In this document: piece by piece, positions 12,341-24,757 of the stretch
How the letters are laid out: each line of letters opens with the position of its first letter
How positions within the stretch are numbered: position 1 is the stretch's first letter
From: Trichosphaerium sp. ATCC 40318
Taxonomy: Eukaryota; Protista; Tubulinea
Assembly: GCA_038496445.1 (NCBI GenBank)
Contig: JALMLS010000391.1
Coordinates: forward strand, 1 to 64,000
Direction of reading: 5' to 3'
DNA: 64,000 bases
The notes under the pieces: model-generated
Seen by the model: only the letters and a program-made list of their open reading frames with translations
Database searches by the model: none
What the model was told of the DNA's origin: nothing
Translations under genes and position numbers: made by a program

Positions 12341-14854
12341 TCAACAACGTTCAAACATCTTCTTTAATGAACTGGAAGTAGCAATTTCATAAATCGTGCC
12401 TACAAACACAATTAAAAACAAAAAGAACTTTAGACCAAAAAGTTCTTTTCGAAACAAAAAAAAAACCAACATACCATCAGTAGCCCATCGTTTTGGAGGC
12501 ACAAAATTCTCTTTAAGAAGTGGGAAGAAAATATTACGTATTGCATTTTTGTATTTCTACGCGTGTATAAGTAAGCAGTTGAGTTTCTTTTGTTTTAACA
12601 TACCTTGGAGTCATTCTCGTCTTGAGGTAAATGTACCTTGTAGTACTCAGCAAATTCTCTGGCACAAGTATCATAATACTCCTTCTCATTTTCCCAATCA
12701 ACCTGTACAAATAAATTAATCACGTGATTAGAGAAAGAACCAAAAACGAAAATGTCAAAAAGCGTACACCAATACCAAGACGTAGTACAAAGTTAGACAG
12801 AGCTGCAACAGAAGGAATATAACCTTGAAGAATCAAAGGTAAACTCTTTAAATTGCCTTCCTCGTCAATATCAATATTCCAACCAAGTTCTAGCATCTCC
12901 CGTCTATCAATAAGCATGCTTTTTACATACTAGTAATCACAATTAGTTAACAACACGTGCTTGAACATCTGCAAAGAAGGTGGACGTACATCAGAAATAT
13001 CATGGAGATCATCTCCTGTAAGTTCTCCTTCATGCTGAGTCATAGAAGGATCAGCAGTGATAGCAGTTTTACATAGTTCATAAATGGATAAGCTATGAGA
13101 CAACTCTATACGCTAAACAAAATTAAATTAACCAAGTTGAAGGACATAAACAAGAATGTACAGTGAAACGTCCAAAACACTGTAAAGCAGTTTGATAAAC
13201 AAGTTCGTGAACTATATTATCTGCATTACACATGTAAATCTTTCCTCCTTGTTGAACAACAACAAACTCGTCATCTTTATCAGGAACAATACTAATAAAG
13301 AATTAACAAGCAACCAGAATTACTCTCAGGCAGTAAGTGTTAATGCACATACCCAACAAAGTGGTGGTTGCAAAATACATCTGTAAGTTTTTTATGACCT
13401 TGCTTTTTGACGTCCTGAATACTCTTTAGTTAGTCCATCGATACTGTAAAGCTGTATACCTCTAGCAACTCTTGTACACAAGGTACCTCAACTTTTTTAT
13501 CTTGAAGTTGTCTTTTTGGTACACTTGAATCAGATTTCTTTGTTGTTTTGCGCTTCTTCTTTGCAGGCCCGTCCGGCGTAAAGTCATCATCATCTGCACC
13601 GCTTTGATAGTCAAGCATACTAAAGGCTAGATGTGAGTATGAATAACCCGAAATCTATACTAACGATAGTTGGCGCTTCTTAGAGGAAGCTGGAAAAGGC
13701 GATGCTGTATCATTGGATACATGTTTAGCCGGTGATGTTCGTTGAATCGGTACTGAGTTACGTGGAGAATTGAACGGTAAAGCTGATTTTTGTGGTGAAG
13801 TCACTGGACTTCTGTGTCCAGCTGTGGCAGGTATTACCTAGTGATAGGATTAAAGCACTGCGGAATTATTAAATAAATCAAAGAATCACATACGGAAGGA
13901 TTAAATGGCCTCGAAACGTCAGCATTTTTGAGCTTCTCTATAATCGCATTTCTGATCTAAGAAGTTGTTATTTCTTTCAAAAGAAGATACTATCGTACGA
14001 TATCAATGATTCCTTGTTCATGAAGAAATCGAACCTTCAAAAAATTTGAATTAGAAAAGCAAAAAATGTTTACTTTACATTTACATACCTCTTCTTTAGC
14101 CGGGTGGACATTTACATCCAAGTGGCTTGGTTCAAGTTGTAGACTTATGTATACGAATGGATGTGATCCACGCGAAATGTAACTTGAGTATGCTGCGTCC
14201 ACGGCACGTTTCAGAGGTTTACATGATACCAAACGATCTTGTTGAAGATAAAAGTCAGTACATTTAACCCTTAACTGATTTTTGAACTTCTTGTGGCGTA
14301 CGATTTATAAAAAGAACGAAGCAACTCTTCTTCGATGAGTATTCAGGCTTTGATAATCTGGCATCAACAGAAAACTTAAGTTTTTCATCTTCGATTGCAA
14401 TCGTCAATATTGATTTTGATAGAGCGTGCCCAAACAATGTTGCAATATTATCAACTACTGTAAGACCTTTTCTTGTATGAATATCAGCTTTATTAGTACC
14501 ACTCTAAATAAAATAACATAAATATTAGCAATCCTTTGGGCACAACATGGTGGGAAACCAAAAATACTTTTTTTCTGAATTGATTTTTACCTTTTTTAGA
14601 GTGAACCCAACACCAGTGTTATGTAGTGCATATCGTTGTATTACATCAAAAACCTTTTTATATTGCGTCGTTTCATTCATACCACGCCGTCTTGATGTTG
14701 CATTATAAAACAGATCTTCAACCTGTTTCACATAAACACGTGACCATCAAAAATAATAAAACAAAAAAGATTTGAGCATACCTGAATCATTGTGCCTATT
14801 TTACCATGTGTCGGGGTTGGTTTAGTAGTCATCTTTCCATCTTGGTATACTGCC
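12341..14854 (-). CDS. MLH1: DNA mismatch repair protein MLH1, 5'-truncated (GHKL ATPase N-terminus absent)
   Basis: [43 protein letters not shown] and the C-terminal FERC-stop signature. The first visible exon corresponds to about residue 127 of human MLH1. Confidence 0.9.
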
Positions 14855-15039
14855 CTTTAATATTACGTTAGCGTTATGGGGTTTCATGCGCCACAGACAA
14901 TACAATCCCAATCAGACAAACAACGGTTTTTTTGAATTGAAAAATTGAGTTTTGTAGTAAATGAAAAAAAATGTTTAGGAAGTGTTGGTGTGGTGGAAAC
15001 TTACCTTAAACCAATGTATCCTTAATGTACAATGTGTAC

Positions 15040-15309
15040 ACAACCAATGCCTAATTGGTGCCTGTAAATTTAAGGCTGGCAATGCATAAAAAAACTAGGG
15101 CAGGCATTGCCTAAAAAAAACAAGGCATTGCAATAATTAAGGCATTGCCCAACAAAGCCTTATTTCAATGCCTGATTTTTGCCTTTTTTGCCATTGCCTT
15201 TGCAAAATCAGGCATTGCCATTTTTGCATGCCTGATTTTTGCCATCAATGCCTGATTTTAAAAAAATGCCTTCATATTTAAGGCAAAGCCTTGTTTAGTT
15301 TCAGCCCTG
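15040..15309 (-). mobile_element. Ac/hAT-like transposon terminus with subterminal AGGCATTG/CAATGCCT repeats
   Basis: Minus-strand end CAGGGCTGAAA, compared with the maize Ac TIR C/TAGGGATGAAA. More than 10 short repeats occur in both orientations. No matching second end or TSD was found. Confidence 0.6.
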
Positions 15310-15710
15310 TTCACTGGCGTTCATACTATCAAGTAAGAGACACTATCAAATACAACATTCTTTAATACTTTTAAAACAATCAGCACACGATACCAAAGTA
15401 TTAAACATAAGTGTAATCTTAGAAAGTCTTTTTTTCTTTCTCTTCTTTATCAAAACTATCTTTTTCGTTATCCTTACACTTCAATATAATAGTCTTTTTA
15501 CCTACCTATTATCATTGATAAGTCATACTTTTTACACATTCAGTTTTTCTGAGAAAAAGTTCAAAAAAGATTGCTACCTCAACAACCATGTCCTTCAGTT
15601 TACAAACAAGATATATTAGGGAATTAGTGGATACTTCTATATTAACTCTTCTTACATCACAATAGCATAAAAACTGTGAAGTACTGTACTTGTTATTGTT
15701 GTATGATATT
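15310..15710 (-). repeat. Third partial copy of the duplicated segment (matches ~3150-3555 inverted and ~19543-19947 direct)
   Basis: High-identity match (aagtaagagacactatcaaatacaac...) starting immediately after the hAT-like end. Confidence 0.9.
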
Positions 15711-16438
15711 TCTTTCTTGCCCTGAGTAAAAAATGGATATATCCGTTTTTTTGAAAATTGAAATTTAACAACACCAATTGCAAAAAAATGGATGAAAGGT
15801 ACCCTGATGTATAAACACATGCTGTTAGGCAGTGCTGACCTACAATTCAGTTGTGCACATAGTCATGATAGGAAAAATTTTTTATTTGCAATGTTTTTTT
15901 GTATGAAACAACATAAAACATGGAGCAGCACACAGAGGCACATTACAGCTTTTACAATAATATTGTGTTTCTTTAGCCTTTTTTTTGGTTAATTTACACA
16001 CAATGCACAATCTACGAGTGTTTTTGGAAGGAAAGTGGCGTTGTGCAGTTAGACGAGAATCAGGTAAACTTGTAGTAGTTTTATATTTTTTTTTTTCAAA
16101 CTGACTATTGGTGTGCTGTCTTCATCAGTATCAGACTCCGCAAATCTACACTGATTAATTGATCAACTAGTAAAGATGTGTACCTTTGTAGTAATTCATC
16201 AACTAGTGTTGTTTTAAAATCAGACAACTTGGTAGTATTCCGACGGCAACTTTTGTATAAAATGAATGAATTGATGATGGCAGCATCAATTATCCAAGCA
16301 TACAAGCGCTTCCACCATTTAACACTTGGCCTGTAAACACTTACTTGCATGTATTGATCAAAAACATCTACTCCATTCATGTAGTTGTTGTAAGCATGGA
16401 TACAATCAAGTTTAAGTTTTTGTCGTGTGCCTCCAATA

Positions 16439-18395
16439 CAGGTCTAAAATTCTCGAGCTGTTTTTATGGTAGATACCATGAATTTGTGGTATAATTATAC
16501 CATTGATTCCAATTTTATACCACAAATTCCAGTATAATATACCATAAATCAAAGGATTTATACCATGAAACAGCCAAATTATACCATAAATATACAGTAG
16601 AAAGTGCGAATTTATACCATATTTTTTCACCTGAAAAAATGCATTATATGGTATAATTCTACCATAAAACATGGTATAAAACACAGTATAATACCATAAA
16701 GCCTGGTATATTATACCTTAAAACTTGGTAGATTATACCACAAAACCGGGTGTATTATACTGTGTAAAAACTGTTCTAAAAATAAAAACACATTTATTAA
16801 TACATCTTTTTTTTGTTTACATCCGTGACTTTTAGTTTTGCCCATGTTCTTTTTTGCAGTGATCAAATAACCTTAAAAGAACAGATCGTACTTGCTGTAA
16901 GTGCATTGAATGGATATAGCATGAAACCTAAAAGAAGAGTTAGCGCCGGCTTGGTTTCTTGTACACAAAATAAATAGTCGTACAAAAATTGTTGTTTTAT
17001 GGCAGCGCTGAGAGTAACAAATGACCTGCACGGTGAAGCCAAACCAAGACTAAAACAAAGAAATGAAAATAGCTACCAACTTCATCGGAAACGAGTTCTA
17101 GCGGAATAGTACCTGGTTGGGCGGCTAACATGTTTTGTTTTTTTTATATCACCTATTAAGCCTGTAAAACCTATGGCAAACAGCTTTAAAACAACTACTT
17201 TCTAGCGTACCTTGTGTTGTGTGGGCAATAAACTGGTCAAAACTTAGTTTTATGCCCTGGCTTAGCCAATTAGTTTACAATATCACTCGTAAGGTCAACG
17301 CATGGGTGCAGAGCCTAAATGCTATCTGTTCCGGCAAATGCGGGCGTTTGGTAGGAAAAAAACCAAAAAAATCAAAAAAAATCCAAAAAAACCCAAAAAC
17401 TCGAAAAATGGGTAGGCTCTGAAACAACTTTGCCTTATATCACTAATCGCGTGGTTTAACACACATTGGGGCATATATCAAGAATGTCAAAAAAAAATAA
17501 ATAATTTTGCTCTTGATTTGGTAAATGAGGCTGTATGGCGTTGATTGAGTGTAAAAATGCGTATGGAGGGGAGAAAAAAATGAGAGCCGGAGAAAAAAAC
17601 CTCCAATTGGAGGTTTTTTGCGAATGGGCATTTTTCGAGCGCTAAACGCGTTTTTGGTGTGTATACCACTGTAGCGTTCTAACATGGGGTACGCGGAGTG
17701 GTTTCTTCCTCAAATACCATTAATCGGAGAAAGTTGGCCAATTTATCCCTAAAACGCCCGTAATTGGGGCGCGTTACCAGATTTCTCTCTTAAAACTGTT
17801 TTTCACACATTTATATGCCAATTATGTTCAATAACGGCTACTGTCAAAGCATTGTGTGGTATGGCGTTTGTGTAGGTCCATATGCTATTAAATCAAGTGC
17901 AGACCAAGTGAGCTTTGACTAACTTATACTTATACAGTATAATACCACGGTATAATACCACATTTTATGGTATAATTATATGGTATAATGCACGGTATAC
18001 AATACTGTAAAATACAGTATAATACCATGGTATAATACTGTGTTTTATGGTATAATTATATGGTATAATGCATGGTATAATATACTGTAAAATGTGGTAT
18101 AATACCATGGTATAATACTGTGTTTTATGGTATAATTATATGGTATAATGCGTGGTATAATATACTTTAAAATGCAGTATAATACCATGGTATAGTACCA
18201 TGTTTTATGGTATAATTATATTCTATAAATTGAGATATGGTATAAACATGGTATAATGGCTGTTATACCATTTGTCCAAAAAACATGGTATTATACCATA
18301 TTTTATGGTATAATTATATGGTATAATTATGGATTATACTGAGCTTGTACCATAAAAGGTGATTATACCATAAAATATGATAATTTTCAGACCTG
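16439..18395. mobile_element. 1957-bp non-autonomous TIR DNA transposon with TA target-site duplication, nested in the piggyBac
   Basis: Ends read TA|CAGGTCTAAAATT ... AATTTTCAGACCTG|TA, with GGTAT/ATACC arrays at both ends. Removing the element plus one TA restores the transposase frame EEVIGGTRQKLKLDCIHAYNNYM. Confidence 0.88.
17935..18225. repeat. 80-bp tandem repeat (~3.6 copies) inside the nested element
   Basis: Units start at 17935, 18015, 18095 and 18175 (..gtataataccatggtataatactgtgttttatggtataattatatggtataatg..). Confidence 0.9.
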
Positions 18396-19978
18396 TAACT
18401 TCTTCAAACTCGTATGATGCTGTTGTTAAAAAATAAAATGCGCGCTTGTCATAAAGACCAAGACCAACCATGAATGTTACATTATCTAATGGTTCAGCAC
18501 TGTATAGAATAACTTCTCTTGCTTTTGCTTTGGCTTCTTTGCCTTTTTCTTTGGTACGATAAATCTCTTTTGGTACACCATAATTTTTCCTCCATGTACC
18601 TGTGCAATATTGTCCAATTTGATAGGCAGCTACTGCTAAACTAGGACGCATATACAGATTATCCATAAAAATTTCATGACCGTGTTGTTTAAGCTGTGAA
18701 ATAAGGTGATATGCTTTGTTTGCTGTTGGAGTCAACCCTTGAATAGACACATGTGGTTCTTTGTTTAACAAAAAATTAACAAGGTACTTGGATTCAGAGT
18801 CTACCACACATTTAATGTCAAAGCTGGAAGATACCTTTTTATGTTTGGTTCTTTTAATCAGCTTTGTTCTCCCTGCATATCCTGGAGTGGCTTCGTCTAA
18901 TGCCAGTTTTTCATGTGGTAGATAGTTGTTGATGCATTGATGTCAAAATGTATCAACAAGAGTTCTAAACTTTTGGTATAGATCAGCGTCACTAGTCCTT
19001 TGGTAGGTAAATGTAAGCAAGTGCAGGGTCTTCATACCAGTTTGGAATCATGATCTGTCTTAATTTTGGCATATTGTAACAAATGTTTGTTTGCCATGCT
19101 TTTCTAGGACCCATCTATGTGCACCAAGTATTATAGATGTTGCCAACCACCTCATTATGTTTCAGTGTCAAGTCTAGTTGTACATCTAAAATATTGGCTA
19201 ATATCACAAAACTCCAAAGTTAGGCCTTACCATTGACATGGCTTTAATTTCATTGGTAACTTGTCAGAAACTTCTGTGATAAATCTCGTGCAACTTGCTG
19301 GCGTACAATATTCAAAACTAACAGTGGCAAAAGTGTAACACAAAGAGTAATAAATGACGTCATGTTAGTTAAAAAAAGTCACAATATTATTTGTGCAATA
19401 CTTGTCATGTTTTGTTGTTGTTTTTTGTTCATTTGAACTTTTTATTCTTCTTAAATCTCCATATGCCAAGACTCATAACTGATTGGCATAAAAAGGTGTT
19501 GGCAGGTTCCCAAACTCTCACAAATGTAAATCACATGGATATTCACTGGTTTCAAACTATCCTATCAAGTAAGAGACACTATCAAATACAACATTCTTTA
19601 ATACTTTTAAAACAATCAGCACACAATACCAAAGTATTAAACATAAGTGTAATCTTAGAAAGTCTTTTTTTCTTTCTCTTCTTTATCAAAACTATCTTTT
19701 TCTCGTTATCCTTACACTTCAATATAATAGTCTTTTTACCTACCTATTATCATTGATAAGTCATACTTTTTACGCACTCAGTGTGTCTGAGAAAAAGTTC
19801 AAAAAAGATTGCTACCTCAACAACCATGTCCTTTAGTTTAATACAAACAAGATATATTAGGGAATTAGTGGATACTTCTATATTACCTCTTCTTACATCA
19901 CAACAGCATAAAAACTGTGAGTACTGTCTGTTGTTGGTGTATGATATAGTCAAGATACCTGACCATGATATACTTGGC

Positions 19979-21297
19979 TCATAAATAATACTTTTTTTTT
20001 TGACCTCATCATACAGCTTATCTGTAAATCCTTCAGGAAGGCGTTTGTGTGGACCCTACAAACCCTGTAAGTATTTAAACCTTAGATCAGGACCTTGTTT
20101 AAAAATTAGATGTGAAGAAAGTGATTGGTGGTTAGTTTTTTATGTGACTTTCATATCTAGTTTGTGTACTATGCTGCCGAAAAAATTGTTGTTTTGTCAG
20201 TTGATACTTTTTGCCAATATTTATATTGTGTAAGCTTGTATTAAGCGAAACCTAGTATTTGAAATCAGCTAATAATTGTATGTAGACAATGTTGTATTGA
20301 TTAGCTTGTTGAGTAAAAACCTAAGATAAGAAGTTTCTTCAAAAAAAAATTGTCTGCGAAGATTCTTTTTTGCTATAAAAAGGAATTTAGGAAGGTAAAT
20401 GTACCACACTATATAAGAAATCGAATACAGTATCAGTATCTGGATATATATTAGGGTTTTGATGAAAGTATTCTTCGCTAAGCTGCTGAAAAAACCTAAA
20501 GAAATGAATATGACAATGACATTATGTCAAGAACACAAGAAAAAAAAACCTTTAGATTTCATCTTGAAAGTACTTACACCTGAATCTCATGAGCGTATTC
20601 TGGTAATTTTATGATTTTACACACGCTTGTTATAGCTTGTACTATACTTCGATCTTTAAAGTCAATACGTGATAAAATCAAGCCAAGCACAGACCTCTAA
20701 AATAATAAGAAAAAAGCAATAACAATAATATGTCATGACAACACGTTTTCTACCAATGAGCAACTGCGATTCCATTGCAAAAGGGTGCTGTCATTTAAAA
20801 AGTTCAGTGCCACTCATGGAGTGCCATATTGAGAACATAATTGAAGGACATCATCAACCGTTTTAGGCAAAAAGCTGACTTCCAAAAAAAAAAGAAACGC
20901 ACATGGTTCATTAGGCATGCCACAATTGGTCTTGGTCTAATTTCTTTCCCACGCGTATCAAAAACTCAGCAAGCATTGGTGAGTCTATTCCAAAGCCCAT
21001 AGCGTCAAACTTTTGTAAACCATGTTTATAATCTTTATTAAACGCTTCAATCGAGCTGTTGAACTACAGAAAGAACTATCAGACAGGTATTGAGGTGTAT
21101 TAAACTTAACGTTACTTAAAATCGCATAAATCTGCTGTTCGCGTTATGATATAACTGCACGCACCCTTGAAGTACGGTGCGCTGATGATTACATCATGAA
21201 ATAGTGTACAAGTTGTTAAAGAAGTCATGAATACCATGTCATAGCCCAGTATGCGCTGGAGCATCTCAGGCGGTAGATGCATGACGTTTAATGCCAT
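19979..21297 (-). CDS. F-box + Sec7-domain protein, copy B
   Basis: Inverted copy of 1804-3114. The 3' end is uncertain because of an A-run length difference. Confidence 0.7.
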
Positions 21298-21476
21298 TGA
21301 TAGTTTACTGTCACTGTTTTAAGTTTAGAGAGTGATTATTGTGCTACACAATGACGGGTCAAGCTTCGTCACTCGTTGCACGTGCAAATTCTAGTTTTAT
21401 TCCACAACAAGATCAGAAGAAAAAAAAGCCAAGCTGATATCGTACAAGGGTTATTTTTTTATTGCGATAGGTACAC

Positions 21477-22987
21477 TCACAACTTTGCCATTGGAACACC
21501 GTTGGGCCATAAATGTGTTTGGTTTTGTAACCAATCAACTGTATCTCGTATCGTCTCTTGTGTATTCCGTGGTCTTAAACCAAGATCTTTTTCAGCCTCT
21601 GAACTTTTCACATACCAGAAATGACATGCCATCTCTAATCGAACAGGATCTTTATCGCCAAGTGAAGGATTACCTAAAGTATGAATATCAGCGGTGTTAC
21701 ATCCTTTAATATTCGCTTACTGTACACCCTTGGTACTGCAGTGCTAAGCGCACTAGCAGCAGCCAAAAGAACACGCCTTGGAATAACAAACCGAGGTGGT
21801 TTGATGTTCGAAACTCGAGATATCATTGCAAAGACGTTACGAAGTGAGTGATTTGCCCCAGAGATTAGATACGTTTTAAGCGGTTTACCAACAACCATAG
21901 CGTTTCTAGGAGGGTTAATCAGTCAGAATAATAAAAAGTCACGTGATTTATTTCAATATCACGTGACGTACCTAAAAGCCTCTGCAGCATCGCGAACATC
22001 TATTATGTTTGTTCCACCTAAGAGAGGAAGTGAGAGAATGCTAATTTTAGTGATTAGAAGTATGTTGTACCAGGAGGAATTACAGGAACTTTCCTGCAAA
22101 GGAATTTATAAATATAGCCTGTTGATCTCACATCAAGATCACCAGGTCCTAATATTTGAGAAGGTCTTAGTACAACCAAATGTACTTTATTCTTTTCAGC
22201 ATAATTCAATGCATCCATCTCTGCCACTACTTTCGAATGGTAATAACTACAGTAATTAGCAAAGTTCGTTCAAATTTTTTTATGAACAAAAATAGTGTCT
22301 ACTGCTGCATTACGTACGGCCAATTACGAACTGTGCTTTCGCAGTATTTACTAGAATCTGTCGCGATCTTTGTAGGATCATAAAAGCATCCTACTACACC
22401 AGACGTAGATGCATATACAACGCGACATCTATACAGTAAAATTGTAAGAGCACAGTCTTTTAAATTTCCTTCTCGCCCTTACCCAACCTTTGCAGCTACA
22501 CGCATCACCACTAAGGTGCCATCAACATTTGTCCTGTATACTGTGGAATGTGATTTGCCAAATCTAGAATGTACAACAGCTCCTGCCAAGTGAAATATGC
22601 CGTCAACATCAGCACAAGCCTTTGCAAAACCACGTTGGCAAAAAGCGAAATAAAGTAGTTTACGCACTTTGAGGAGTGTATTATAGTCTAGAATAGAACC
22701 ATTGACTAAACGTACAGCTTGTGGGAGCGTTTTACAAGCGGTTGCAGTACGGGAGTAAACTACAACGAGTTACACCAATGGTGGCTTTATAATACGCGAT
22801 ATTATAGTATTGTACCGCTTACAGAGGCCCCAGCATCAAGCAACTAGCAAAAGTCGTTAATTAATTATCGAACGCTCGTAAATACTATACAAACGCATAC
22901 CAAAGGTATTAGATGTCTACCTAGAAAACCAGCACCACCTGTCACTAGAAACGACTTTCCAGTCAACCAAGACGTATGCTCCTCCAT
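21477..22987 (-). CDS. NAD-dependent epimerase/dehydratase (HpnA/DFR-like), copy B, ending in PTS1 (AKL)
   Basis: Same motifs as copy A; ends ...DTVDWLQNQTHLWPNGVPMAKL*. Confidence 0.87.
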
Positions 22988-23069
22988 TGTTATAGTGTAG
23001 CAAAGCGCAAATTTAAGATTATTTGACAATTAAGTCTGTAATCGTCTAAGTGAAAATTTTTCATTTACT
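22988..23069. promoter_or_regulatory. 82-bp bidirectional promoter region between the epimerase and MRI1 start codons (duplicated at 34-115)
   Basis: Divergent ATGs 82 bp apart. Confidence 0.55.
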
Positions 23070-24697
23070 ATGGCCACTCTTCCTGATTATACCGAATTTG
23101 GCATTAAAGTTGAACAAGGAGTACTCAAGGTAGCTATTTAACGTATTTAAGTAAAAAAGATCCTAAAACTGTTTAAAGGTTCTAGATCAAACCAAATTAC
23201 CTAATGAAGAGAACTGGTTGGTTGTTAAGACCATTGAGGACATGTGGAACAATATTAAGCGCTTGAGTGTCAGGTAATTGAGAAAACTACGAAATCCTCT
23301 TTAACATCGTACAATAGAGGCGCACCAATGATTGGATGTTGTGCCGCTATGATTCTAGCTCACGAAGCTGTGCGCATGCACCCAAAAGAGGCAGACATTG
23401 AAAAGCACGCTGCTTACTTAAAGACATCACGCCCAACTGCTGTAAACCTCATGTACGCTTGTGATTTGGTTTCTCAAGTAGGTTGCGAGAAAAAAGACTT
23501 CTCTGCGGCTAATATCGTAAAAATCGCATACGACATCAAAGATAAAGAGCAAGAGATGTGCTCCAAGTAAGTTAATTGTTAAAAAACACTTGTAAAACGA
23601 AGAAAAAAAAGAAAGAAAGCTAACGCTCTTAGGATGGCAAAGTTCGGCGCTTCATTGGTTAAAGAAGGTTTGTACATGGTTTAAATGACAGTTTTTGCTA
23701 AAACACTATCAAAATAGGCGATAACATCTTGACACATTGTAACACTGGCTCACTTGCTACTATTGGTGTTGGTACGACTAAAAACGGTTTAAAATGTTGG
23801 TCACGTGGTGGCTACACGTCTATAAAATTTATTCGTATAGTGTGCCCACGTAGAGTGTTAGTATTGTTTCAAGTGGTGTAGGAACAAAGGGAAACTTTAG
23901 TGAACAAAACTGAATCCCTTTTTATTTTTCTTACTTTTTTGCGAACTTTTTTTAGGAACTACCGACCCTATTTAATTTTTTTTTGGGTTTGTGGTTTGAT
24001 TAATTGTGTTAGGTACTGCCCTTGGTGTAATCCGTGAGTGTCACAAACAAGGGAAAAATATCCACGTGTACGTAGATGAAACACGTCCTTTGCTTCAAGG
24101 CGGTCGTTTGACAACATACGAATTGGAGGTAACAAATCTATAAGAAAAATTGATTTATTGACACCTCCATTAGAAAGAAGGCATTCCTTACACGCTCATC
24201 GCTGATAACATGGCCGGTATGCTCATGTCTCAAGGAAAGATTGACCGCATTTTTGTTGGTGCTGATAGAGTTGCTATCAACGGAGATTTCGCAAACAAAA
24301 TCGGTAAATATTTCTTTTGAATCTTCCAAAATACTTACCCTTTAATAGGCACATACTCTGTTGCTGTATTGGCAAACTACCATAAAGTACCTTTCCATCC
24401 AGTAGCTCCTGTATCTACTATCGATTTTAAATGCCAAACTGGTGCTGATATCCCAATCGAGATGAGAAAACCAGAAGAGGTATCGTCGTCTCAAGAATTA
24501 TTTTCTTTTTTCAAACTAAAATTTAAATACAGGTTCGTGGAGCATTTGGTACAACATGGGCACCTACACAAGCCAAGACATTTAACCCTGCATTTGATGT
24601 AACACCAATGGCACTTGTTGAGAGTATCATTTTGGACTCTGGTATTCATACCAAGGAGATGATTGCAAATGGAAGTCTCAAAAAACTAGCTGAATAA
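23070..24697 (+). CDS. MRI1: Methylthioribose-1-phosphate isomerase
   Basis: [72 protein letters not shown] and FNPAFDVTP. Confidence 0.95.
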
Positions 24698-24757
24698 ATC
24701 GGTTTTTTTGTTTCAAGCTAAAACAATGTGTTCCTTTTATTCTCTTTTCTTCTTCTT

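Larger units (their letters stand above)
15880..19175 (-). mobile_element. Decayed piggyBac-family transposase, interrupted by a nested element
   Basis: LPHEKLALDEA, IFMDNLY, CTGTWRKN and YNNYMNGVDVFDQ (DDD residues), KWWKRL and IDAAIINSFILY. C-terminal Cys-rich domain CIVC...YYCKSCNVPLCAAPCF..FH. Contains stops and frameshifts. Confidence 0.92.
19176..23102 (-). repeat. Right arm of the inverted segmental duplication
   Basis: Reverse complement of 1-~3956. Confidence 0.95.

Noticed and set aside
15711-15880. piggyBac terminal repeat and TTAA target site
   Set aside because: CCCTGA motifs are present, but no TTAA-CCC end or matching opposite TIR could be found, so the element ends are left undefined.
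17930-18395. CRISPR-like array
   Set aside because: These are tandem subterminal repeats without unique spacers, in a eukaryotic context with no cas genes.
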